Below, piece after piece: positions 27,492 to 39,800 of a DNA stretch of 64,000 bases (position 1 is its first letter; each line of letters starts with the position of its first letter). Under the pieces are notes generated by a model. The model searched no databases. It was given only the letters and a program-made list of their open reading frames with translations, and was not told the DNA's origin. Source of the DNA: Dimorphilus gyrociliatus (Eukaryota; Animalia; Annelida); NCBI GenBank assembly GCA_904063045.1, contig CAJFCJ010000020.1, positions 798,916-862,915 of the forward strand, in the 5' to 3' direction. The position numbers were made by a program, and so were the translations under genes.

Positions 27492-29659
27492 ATGTTTTTA
27501 TACAAGGTTTTTAATTTTGTTACGGTTTTTGTTATAATTTCTATTGGATGTGTCTGTGGTGATCCAGGTAGTAATGTCGCCTGCGAAGGAGATTCTTGTA
27601 AGTATAATTACGTATGGGTTGGAATAATTATTGTCTATAATGAAAATATTTTAAACTAGGCTCCGCTGAATGTTTTACTTCAACCGATAATTTATGCTTA
27701 ACCAATTATGAAGAAATTTTGAATAATATTATTTCGACTGACTGTAGAGATGCTTGTATAGAAGCTCAATATCCATGCAGGTAAAAAAAACACTATGATT
27801 TTATTATTCATGAATTTATGAATAAATTAACATAATTTCGAATAGATCGTATTCTTACAATTCGGCGTTGGAAGCTTGTTACCTTTCGACGGAAACTAAA
27901 AATTCAAACCCATCTGCCTATGGAGAAGGAGATTGCACATACTACGAAAGAAGCGAAACCTGTAGTCCTAATTGTTTTATGAAGCCTACAGAGAAAACCT
28001 ATCTATATGGAAACAATGATAGAGAAATCGTCCTTACTTCTCGAGCAAATTGTATTGAATATTGCCTTAAAGATTCAACATGCTTATCCGCCGACTATCA
28101 AGAAACACGAAATACTTGTTATTTACAATGTGTTAATAGAGAAATGACACCTTCCAGAATGCGAAGTGCCAGTTACTACACTTATCTGGAAAAGGATTGT
28201 GGCGAAGTGGAAAATCCATGCTATCAAAAGTTTTTGGGTCGTTATTTTTCTTCGCCAAATTGCGAATTCTTAAGATCAGTTACAAAAGAAGAATGCTTAG
28301 ACGCCTGTTCAAATTCTGACAATTGCAGGTAATATATTAACTGAATATAGTTTATTTTAATACTTGTCCCCTAATTAGTACAAGTTAAATAAATAAAAAT
28401 GTTATTTATTCAAAACAGTACATTGAACTACCTTCCTGAGCAGAAATTTTGTTTCTTGAATAAAGATATTGCTGATAGCGATAATCTATTGGAGCAGACT
28501 AACTCTATTTATTTTGTTAAATTACCAAGTTGTCTAAGTAAGTAATATAATAAAATATAATAATTTGAATTAAAAAACAACTCTCTAATTATTTGTCTAT
28601 TAATATAAAAGGTGATGCGATTACTGAATACGAATGTTTCGATATTGAAAATGATCGGTTTTTGGACGAGATTTATAAAACAGTTGATGGTTTAGATGAA
28701 TCTGCATGCGTTAAATTATGTCTAACTGTTGAAGATATCTGCAGGTAATGGAGGACTATTTCTTTAAATTATGTATCTAATATATATATATATATATATA
28801 TATTGTATATTATAGATCGGTTAGCTATGATGAAGGTACCAGTAAGTGTCACTTGAGTCGATATAATAAGAGTACCAAGCCGGAAAGCTACATTGTAAAC
28901 TCTTCATACCGTTATTTTGAAAAGCAAGAAGTTTGTAAGCCAGGTAATGATTTGCGTTTTTTGGTTGAACAGCTTGAATAGAGTTTTTATTGTTTTGTAT
29001 TTTTGTAGATTGTTACTTTAAATTGGTTGAAAATACTTATTTGGTTGGCTGTAATGATAAAGTTGTAGATAATGTTGATTCGTGGGAGAGTTGCGTTGAA
29101 CTTTGCGCCTATGAAAATGGTTTAGACGATGGTGAATTCTTTTGCCAGTAAGAATTTTATATGGGCTGATAGGTCAACAGTAGCATTTAATTTACTTTAA
29201 TTCTTTTCTAGTTCGGCTGAATATCAAAAAGTTTTGAAGAGATGCTATTTGAGTAAGAGCACTGAAGATACAAATCCGTTAGGATCGAGAACGAGTTCTT
29301 CGTACAGTTATTTTCATAGAGTGTGCGAAAAACCTTCAGTAATAGAACCACAATGCTTTAAAGTATATAATAATACCCATATGGCTGGTTATACTGAAGA
29401 GATTTTAAAAGATTCAACTCCAAAATTGTGTCAAGAATCGTGCTTAAATAAATCTTATTGCAAGTAAGATGAAACTATATATTTTATTTGATAATTTTTA
29501 TTATCATTCTCTCTTCTTTCAAACAGATCTGCTCTCTATGCCAAAGTAAAGAAAATTTGCTATCTAAACAGTGATAATAAAGATAGTAATGACCTACGAA
29601 CAAATTTTTATTACATCTACTACGAAGCTACAGGATATTGTCCGCTACCTTCCAAATAA
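27492..29659 (+). CDS. PAN-9: secreted acidic PAN protein, 6 domains; paralog of PAN-6
   Basis: Leader MFLYKVFNFVTVFVIISIGCVCG. The last domains share SAEYQ(K/S)VLK(R/K)CY and SALYAK..CYLNSD with PAN-6. Ends GYCPLPSK*. Confidence 0.85.
28781..28802. repeat. (TA)n microsatellite in a PAN-9 intron
   Basis: About 11 perfect TA units read directly. Confidence 0.85.
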
Positions 29660-30181
29660 AGAATTTCGGTGCTGCTTGAAACTATCAAACCTGAATTCCC
29701 ACAGACGCTGCATGAATTTATACTTGTTTTTACATTTGTACAGTTCTCATTTTTGAGTTTTTTTTTTAAATAAAAATTTGTTAATGCTACAAAAAGGTTG
29801 ACTTCTTTTCTTCTATACAGTCTAAACAATTTTTAAAGGTTGAGATAAACCTTGAACACTTTAGAATATTGAACATCGCATCTTGAATTCTCTTAACAGA
29901 GATGCTTATTAGTCGTTTTCGTCTGACAGCGAAATTATTCAGTTTGAAGACAAGAAAGGTTTTTAGATTTATTCTATCTTTAGGCTGGAGATTGACCTTT
30001 TTTTAAACAGACTTTCGAAGTCGTTGGTTACTTATGAGGTCAATTTGAACGAAATAAATTTATAGCAAGCTACCGAATTGAACAAAGAGTACAGGCTAAC
30101 TTAAATTGAGTACTTTTGGTGACTATATAGGATTGAGTGAACTTGAAACGTCAGTTCCTATACAGCAGCCACGAGACGAAA

Positions 30182-33100
30182 ATGATTTTGAGGAAAGATT
30201 TTAATTTCGTTAAATTGTTCCTGCTAATTTCTCTCCTGTCATGCTGTCAAGGACAAGCTTATGAGAAAAAGGATTGTTTCGACGAGTTCGACGGTTCCTA
30301 TTTGGAGCAATTGGCTGTCATAGATAGACTGGAGACAGATGCTGAAAGCTGTAAAGCATCGTGCTTGACTGCTGATGTTAGATGCAAGTAAGTACAAGCG
30401 TATATTATAATAGTTTACCATATGAAAATAAATGCTTTTAATCAAAAAACAACATTTTTTTAATATCTTTCCAAAAATAAGGTCAGTTCAGTATGATAAA
30501 ACCAATCAAATATGCTCTCTATCTCTCGAAACTAAAGATACTAAACCAGAATATTATAAGAAAAATCATTACTTTGTCTATTGGCAAAAAAGAGCAGAAT
30601 GCGATTTAGGTAAGGAAATCTAACATATTTTTAATGAATCAGTTTAATAACAAGAAATGTCTGTTTTAAAAGATTGCCATTTAAAACCCCACGAAAATGC
30701 AATTCTTATTGGCTTGGATAATAAAGTATTGACGAGACTTTCAATGTTGGAATGTCTAGAAGCTTGCTTATTATGGGATCAATTCCGTTGCAGATCTGTA
30801 GATTATGGAATCAAATCTAGAATGTGCTACTTGAGTATTGAGACAAGATACACTAAACCTTCAAGATTTAAAGTAGACAATCTAGATACGTGGCATTTTG
30901 AGAGAAAATGCTCAACGTACTCTTGCTTTCAAACATTTGATAATAAATTTCTGAATTATGAGAGTATGTCTTGGGATTACCAGCCATCGGAAGAGGCTTG
31001 TTTGGAATCTTGTATACATGAAACTATACATAGATGCGTGGCTGTTCTGTATAATAAATTCTCGAGGCTCTGTCATCTATTAGATAGAACGAAAGAAGAA
31101 ACATCAGCTAATTTTGTGATGGATACAAATTTCGTATATTTGGAGATGAAAAAGGTTTGCAGAACTCGTTGTACATTGGAGAAATTTGTTGGTAAATATT
31201 TGGAGGGTAGCTTCATTAAAAAGGTATTCGCGTATTCCGATTTGGAATGTTTAGAATTTTGCTTTAAAAATGAAGCTGGTTGTAGATCAGTACAAAGGAA
31301 TAGCAAAACTCACGAATGCTTTCTTAATTTAGAAACAAAAGTAACAAAACCTTCAAAATACAAATCGTCGATTTTCTATACGTATTGGCAATTGGATTGC
31401 GGTTGTTTCGACGAGTTTAGACAAATGTTTCTTCAGGGTTTAAATAATAAAGAGATTTCAGCAACAACACCTGAATTATGTAAATCTGCTTGCTTAACTG
31501 CAAAGTTTAGATGTAAATCAGCGGAATTTAATACCCGTACGAATCAATGTTTTCTATCTAGAGAAACACGATATTCCAGACCAAGTAATTATAAACAAAA
31601 TCCAAATTACTATTATTGGAATAGATTACCAAAATGCGATCCTAAATGTTTTATGGAAGAATTCAAAGATTCATATTTAGTACTTCATAATACTCGCCAT
31701 TTATTTGAAATGGAAATATTAAAATGTCAAGAAGCTTGCTACTTTGCTAAAACATTTGTTTGTCGATCGGTCGAATATAACCATCTTACCAAAGAATGTT
31801 TACTAAGTGTTGAAACTAAAGATACAAAGCCAAAAGAATTTAAAAAGTTAACAGGCGTCACTCATTGGCAAAGAGTATGCAATATTAAATATCCATGCTT
31901 TTCAACGGTGTCTAATAGATATATGGACGATTTAGGCTACGTCTTTATTGCTAAATCTGAAAGTGATTGTATTAGGAATTGTTTCGATAGAGGCGTTTTA
32001 TGTAGATCGGCATCTTATAATACAAATAATAAAGAATGTCGTCTATCCAAAATGACCAAAGATTCGCATTCGAACAGCTATATGCAAGATCAATTCTTTA
32101 ATTATTTCGAAAAGAATATCAATTGTCGTCCGGATTGCTATTTTAAACGATTCGAAAATTATTCCTTTACTGGATCGCAACAACTTTCGAAGAAAACATC
32201 AAATGAATTGGATTGTATAAAAGCATGTATAGATCTCAAACCATTAGGTTCTTGTAAATCGGCAAGAAGAAGTACTAAAACTGGTATCTGCGTATTGCAC
32301 TTGGAAAATAGATTAACAAGACCCTCTAAGTTTAAAAAGGTTAAGGGAATCGTTTACTGGGAACTCACCTGTGGAGATAAATGTTTCGAGGAAAAACCAT
32401 TTAAATATCTTGATGGATACGAGAGTATTAAGATTCCAAATTCCAACGAACAAATATGCAAGGACGTCTGCCTTCGATCGCCGGCAACCTGCCTATCGGT
32501 TAGTTATAATCAATTAACAAAAATTTGTTCGATATCCACCGAAAGTTTTGCTACAAAACCGAACGCTCTAAAATCCGATACAAATTGGATTTATATGGAA
32601 AGAAAGGAGGTTTGCCAACCGAAATGTTATATGGATGAACACAAGGGATACTACTTGAAAGGATTCAATACGAAAACAGTTTCAGTTAAGAATGAATACG
32701 AATGTAAACAAATTTGTTTCACCGACATGGAAAAGAAATGTTTATCGGCCGAATATCATAAGACAACCTCAAACTGTTTCTTAAGTATTGAAAATCATCT
32801 CACAAAGCCAAAGGCATATACCATGCACAAAGATTACGTTTATTGGAATAAGAAGTGCGGTAAAGACTTTCCATGCTTTAATAAGCATATTGATTTTTCA
32901 TTGGAGAATCATTTCTATACAATCTTACACGGTAAAACGGAAGAAACCTGCTCGCAAGCTTGTTTTATGTCTTATTGCAGGTAAATAATTGTTAACCATC
33001 TCTACCTAGATTTTCTCACACTATAATGTTTAAATCTAATTAATTTTTAAATACGTCTTTTAAAAGATCGGCAACCTATGATTTTACGAGTGGAGATTGC

Positions 33101-36096
33101 TATTTGAGTAGAACGACGAAAGCCATGTATCCAAAGTCGTTTAAAAGAACTCCTAATTATGTCTATCTAGAAAAGAAAGATATCTGCAAGCCAAGTAAGT
33201 ATTAGTTAATATTTTCTCCCCTTAAAAAAAAGGGTGTAGAGACGAGTAGTATACTATTAATATAATTGGCAGACTGTAAAGTTCTTACCTTCTCGGGAAA
33301 AACACTGATTGGGTACGATGTAAAACAAGTTAAAGCGACGTCAAATGCAGATTGCATCAGAGCGTGTATGACTTACAAGGGTAATTGTAGGTTAGTGACT
33401 AAGTGATTTAACCTTGAAACTTATTTACCGTTTACTCCTGAATGTCTTTACATGTTAATAGGTCAGTTGAAAGGAATATTAAAACAAATATATGTAATTT
33501 ACACGTCGAAACGAAGAGTACAAAGCCAACTTCTTTTAAACCGAATCTATTGTATATTTATTGGGAATTGCAATGCAATCGTAATATGATAATTTACATT
33601 TCTCTATTATTTACTTAACATCATTTATCATTTTTAGTTTGCTTTATTGAATTTGATAATAGAAAATCAGTTGTGGAAGTTGCTGATCAAGTATTAACTC
33701 TGACCTCTGAAGAGTGCAGATCAATGTGCTTACAGAAGAAAAATTGCGGGTAAGATCTGCAATTTTTTTTTAATTTTCTCTTATCAATCATATTAGTATT
33801 ATAAATAATTTATCAATTAACTCTTTCTTCATTCTAGTGCTATACAGTGGAACAAACAAAATGGAGAATGTTACTTTTGGTCGGAGAATTCGCATCAAAT
33901 TGTTCTCAACAAGGAGTACAGTTTTTGGAGAGTTGATCCCAGTTGTAAAACTGATTGCTATTTGGCAAAGTACGAAAATAGATATCTTAGTGGATTAAAT
34001 ACAAAATCCCTAGTTGCCAACTCCGATTTAATGTGCGCCGAATTATGCCTTAATCATAAAGAAGACTGCAAGTGAGTGTTGTATTAATGAATTAATCTAT
34101 TTTAATTATTAACTATTAGTAATAATTTAAATAGTTATTAATTTAATGTTATCTTGTCTTAAAACCATAGCTCGGCGGAATACAATAAGAGGCTTGGAAA
34201 ATGTATATTATCTACGCTAACAAAGAATGTTAAACCAACTGCATTTACTGTTAGTACATCATACACTTATTGGGAAAAAAGATGTGGCGAAGACTCTATA
34301 AAAGAATACCCCTGTTTTACAACATTTATGAATACTTTCTTAACTGGTTTCAATACTAAAACGCTTTCAAACCAAACTCCAGAGTCTTGTATCAATGAAT
34401 GCTTAACAGCCGATTTCCGTTGTCTGTTAGTAAACTATTTAATTATTTAGAAAATAGCATATCTTAGAATAACGCGACTTGTATATTTTATAGATCCGCT
34501 GAATACTCTTTAAGAGAGAAAAAATGCTATTTAAGCACTGAAAATATGGATAGTCAACCTGAGAAAATTTCTTCTAGTTCGTCGTATATTTACTTTCATA
34601 GGAAGATTGAATGTGCTTCAAGTAAGTTGATGGGGGAGGGGAAGGGGGGAAAGAGTAAAACGATTTTTTATTGTATTGTAATAACAGTAATAACAATAAT
34701 AACAATATATTTTTTAATTTAAAACTAGAATGTCTACTTAAAGAGTATCCAAAGAAAGTGCTTATTGGCCATAATATAGATATTTCGACAGCGAAGTCGA
34801 AATTAGATTGTATAGAGAAATGCTTAACTGATTCGAGATGCAATTCGGTTGAATACGATTATAAAACTAGTACATGCTATCTGCAAGCAGAGACTAGAAA
34901 GACAAAACCTGTTAATTTCGAGGATTCTAAAGTGTATAGTTATTGGGAGCTAGTTTGTCAAGATCGTAAGTTTATAAGTCTTTAATTTAAACAATAGACT
35001 GTATGGAATTTGTTAAATTTTAATTAAGAATGTCTGTTATTTTAATAAAAAACAAACTATTTTATTTCAAATAGCTTGTTATTTTGAGGAATACAAGGAC
35101 AAAACTTTATGGAATAACAATAAGAAACAAATTCAATTGACAACACCGCTCATGTGTAAGTCGGCATGTTTAGCAGAAAAGACTTTTAATTGCCGGTTAG
35201 TCTATTTTCTTTCGTTTTATATTCATACTGTTAATTTAAATTATGTATTAAATTTTTCTCTTTTTAGATCTGCTCAATATAATAGATACACGAGAATTTG
35301 CTATCTATCAGAGGAAAATTCACAGACTAAACCGAATAACTTTATGAACGATTTAGCTTTCGATTATTATGAGAAGACTTGCGGTAGTGGATCGAACTAT
35401 TGCTTTAAAAAGAGCGAAAATCTACAATTGAATCATCTAACGAAATTTTACGAAGGAATATCTATAGATTTATGTATACAACGTTGTCTTACTCTACACA
35501 ATATCCACTGCAGGTAAGTGTAATAATTATTATTAAAATTAAGCGAATATTCTTATTAATTTACTTTGTTTAACAAAAATAGATCTATAACATTCCACAA
35601 GCCATCGAGCACTTGCTATTTGAGCGAAGAATCAAAAATAACGAAATTCAATCAAATCTCAAATCATAAGGAATATACTTACTATCACAGATTAAACGTA
35701 TGCAAACCAAATTGTAAGGTTTTGTACAGAAAGAATAAATATTTAGTTGGTTTCGATATCTATTCGTATAAGACACCTGATGAATCTACTTGCGTAAGAC
35801 AATGCTTGATGAAAGGAACAGATAAGTGCAGGTTAGTAGTGGAAAGATTTAAATTAATAATATTTGTCACTCCTTCTCACTCTCTCACTCTCTCTCTCTC
35901 TCTCTCTCTGTCTATCGAGAATATATTTGTTTGTTTGTTTATGTGTTTATTTATTTATAATATGTAATTTTTCAACAGATCGGTCGAGTGGAATAAGGAT
36001 ACATTTATTTGCTACCAGCAGAGGGAAACTAAAGATACTCGACCACAGAAATTTGTCAACTCGCCAAAATATAACTACTATCAAATTAAGTGCTAA
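30182..36096 (+). CDS. PAN-10: secreted multi-PAN protein, 19 domains; collinear paralog of PAN-1
   Basis: Leader MILRKDFNFVKLFLLISLLSCCQG, a ~2.3 kb intronless exon (within ORF 30657-32984) and many short exons, ending YYQIKC*. Confidence 0.88.
35873..35909. repeat. Imperfect (CT)n microsatellite in the last PAN-10 intron
   Basis: Read directly. Confidence 0.8.
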
Positions 36097-36804
36097 TATA
36101 GAATATACATTCACAGTAAATATATATATATATATATACACATACAAATATATATGTATATATTTCTTAATATGTATGCAATAATTAATTAAACTAATAA
36201 ATGAATTTACATTTATAATTAGTATTGAATTTGCCATTTTGCGAATGTACAGTATATAACGAGATATATTGAGAGGATTCTTCTTCTTTTCAATAGATAA
36301 TAAGAGTTTAATCTAGTTCCCATCAAACCTGTTGATTGATCACTATCCACTGTTGTCATGTGACAGAACTATTAACATGGAGTCAAAAAGGCTTAATTAA
36401 TGGGCTTAATTACGATATTGCTAGTGTCGAATTGTTCAGTTCCTCTCAATAAATACTATTGGATACTAATTCTCTTTAGTTAAGAGTTGAAATAGATTGT
36501 TAAGAATAGGATAAAGGAAGAGAGTATATTGTACATGTGTTTGCTTACTGCTGTGAAAAAGTGTAAGGATGAACTTTGATTTGATAAATTGTAGAACAAA
36601 CAAAGATCGTGTTTTGTTTGGCTGTAGGCAACGGTAGTGTGTAAAAAAAATGGCTGATAGGCCCAAATTTTGTACATAAGCGGCACTTTTACTTAAATCG
36701 CCGAAAAAGAAAGGTTCAAAATATAAAGAAGAAATTTATTGTTTGTTTATATTTCCCCCTCTCAGCTCTACTTGCAGTGATCTATTAAGAGTTATGCTAT
36801 TACT

Positions 36805-39800
36805 ATGAAGTTGTTACTTACTTGTTCAGTCATCCTATTACTACCATTTTTAGGAGAAGCTGTTTTTGATGTAGATAGTAAGTAATACTTTCATAATTCA
36901 AACGCATAAATCCAGAATATATACTTATATCCATATACAATATGTATATGTGCTGTATGCTAAAGGTTGCTACTATCTTGCAACTCGTTTAGTCCTAACT
37001 ATGAAAATAACTAGCTATTTGAAAAATTAACAGAGTGTTTCCAAAACGAAGTTGATTTCTTTCCTATCGAAGCTTCAACAGCTTTTGAAAATATTGATTC
37101 ATTATCATCATGCCAGCTAAAATGCTTAACAATTGAAGGGATTTGCAGGTTGGGCTTTTGATTAATTCTAGCCATTTTTTTTCTTGTTGGTCTATCACGT
37201 TCTCTCTTTTTGAGCCTAGTTTCGTATTATATTTTTCTACTATTCCGAGATGTTTTTTTTTCTTTTAATCTTTTAGGTCTATCTGGTACAATGAAACCAA
37301 TCGAATATGTTATATTCTTAAAGATTGGTTTTATAACGGTCATCCCGAACTATTTTCCAATAAGCTTAGACCAGTAAAGAAAAGAAATTTTATATGTCAA
37401 CCGGGTAACTTTTTATATTAAATAATAATAATAATTCTACATTATACATTATTATCATTAAAGATTGCTATATGGTGAAAGCAACTTTACCATTTTCACC
37501 AAGAATCGATAAACTGGTAAAGTTTATGACAAATTCATCTGAAGAATGTCGAATTCTACCTCTAATCATGTCAAATCAAAACTTTCTGTAAAAATTACTT
37601 AATTTTAATAATCTAAATATTTAATTAATTCTATATAATTTAAGTGTTGCCGATTATTTACCTGACGAGAGCGCATGTATATTAAGACAAGGTCGACATT
37701 CCATGGGAGAGGATAAATATTCGTATGAGAAAAAATGCAATTATATCAATGCCTGCTTTGACAAGACATCAAATAAGTTGTTAAAAACTAGTAAAACTGT
37801 TATAAAGTTAACTAAAACATTCGAGAATTGTGTGTATTCTTGTCTAACATCTGAAGTTAATTCGTGCAAGTAAGTTTTATTGCAAAACAAATGTATAGCA
37901 CTTAAATTCTCATTCATTCTTCTATTGTCATTTTTTAACATTATAACATTTAGATACTTTAATTATGCAAAGGAGAATCAATTGTGTTTTTTGTATAAGG
38001 GAGATAAAACCGATTATGTTGAAACTAAAGTAGGATGGGATTTCTACGAAAAAAAGAGCTTTTGTAAAAGCCGTAAGTTGTTTATTTCTTATACAAAGCA
38101 TTATTCTTATTTTAATAATAATAATATATTTAAAAGACTGTACATTCAATCAAACGACACCGCCTCAAAATGGTACTATTGCTCAAATAACAATAAAGAA
38201 GCCGGTATTCTCGACTTTACACTGCTTAATTATCTGTTTAAGTAGTCTAATGGGTTGCAAGTAAGATGACCTATCAAGTAGAGTAATCCTATAATATTAA
38301 TACATTTATTATTTTATAGATATATAACCTATGATCCAAAGACCTTTTCTTGTTATTTGAGCTATGCTGACGAACAATTTCCTCGGTTAACCACCCAATA
38401 TTGGAAGTTAGAGTGTAACAATCTAAATAGCAGTAATTAGAATTGTTTTAATAATTAATTGTTTAAAAAAAGCTACTGATTTTATAATTACCTCTTAAGC
38501 GTGTTTGATGCAAAATCATCCGGGATTTTATGTGGATGTTAAAGAATCGTTATCATATAAAACATATGTCAGTCAAGTAATTTGCGCTGATATTTGTTCG
38601 GCTAATAGCAACTGCTCGTAAGTAAATTTCATATATACTTATAAACATTTTAAAGAAGTTATCAGTTAAAAGTATTTATTAATTATGTTCTTAATTATAT
38701 AAAGTGGAGCAATTTTCGAAAAGGAGGGAGGTAAATGTACGACTGTTAAGGAGAAACTGATGAATAAGCTTAAATATAAGAAAGGAATGACTTTACTATC
38801 AAAATTATGTTTAAACGATGAAAGAGAAAGCGTAGAAAATCATCCTTGTTTTAAACCCTACTACTTTCGTGGGGTTCAAGGTCCTTTCTATAAGTCTGTT
38901 ATTAAACCAACGACAGAAAGCTGTTACAATTTATGCCTTCGAGAAGAAAATTTCTATTGCAAGTAATAAATGAATAAATAAATAAATTAGCATCTTATAA
39001 ATAGAGAAAGAAAAACTTAATATACTAATAAGCTTTCTTCTTTCAACCCTAAATATAGAAGTGGAACTTACTTTCCAATTTATGGTATCTGTAGTCTGAG
39101 ATCGTATAGTGAACCTAAAAAGCCTAATTCCCATTTCCCTTTTCCAATGATGACGTACTTGTATTTCGAGAGGACAGAACGCTGCCGACCTGGTTAATAC
39201 AGCAATATATAATAATTAGTCGACATTCTCATTAAAAATTACATTTATTTATAAAGACTGCCTCCTGAAGAAGACTGTTGGAGTACATCGCAATTACATT
39301 AGAGGATCTGTTAAATCCATCAAGGCTAAAGATCAAGAAGATTGCGTAACTCAATTTTTTATAAATATGGGACAAAGCAATTACAGGTTCATTATCTTAA
39401 ATGGTTTTACTCTTAAAAACAAAGAAAAAAGCATCTATTTCATTTTTTTCCCTATTTTTACTATTAAGTGACTTTTACTGGAATTCAACAAATAAAAAGT
39501 GTGCAGCCTTCCAACGAGGAACAGATGTAGCTAACATGCTACCTGACATTACATCTTTCGAAACCGATTGCGTAAAAAATTGTAAGTTAATTATCATACC
39601 TTTCCCTATTTATTTGATGTTTCACTATTTAATTATTTCCTGTTAAAACATCTAGACGGATGTCGAATGATAAGATCTTCAAAAGCAAATATTACGAAAG
39701 CGTACGAAGATTTGTACAAGACTTGCGAACAAAATTGCCTTGAGATTAGTAAATGCAGGTTAATAATTAAGAATAGATTTTCTACTGGATAATTGATATT

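Noticed and set aside
35864-36237. ORFs through CT/TA microsatellites and the PAN-10 3' end
   Set aside because: Artefacts of stop-free simple repeats (SLSLSL, YIYIYI).
36703-36712. GAAAAAGAAA ISRE-like site upstream of PAN-11
   Set aside because: An A-rich match expected frequently by chance in this base composition.
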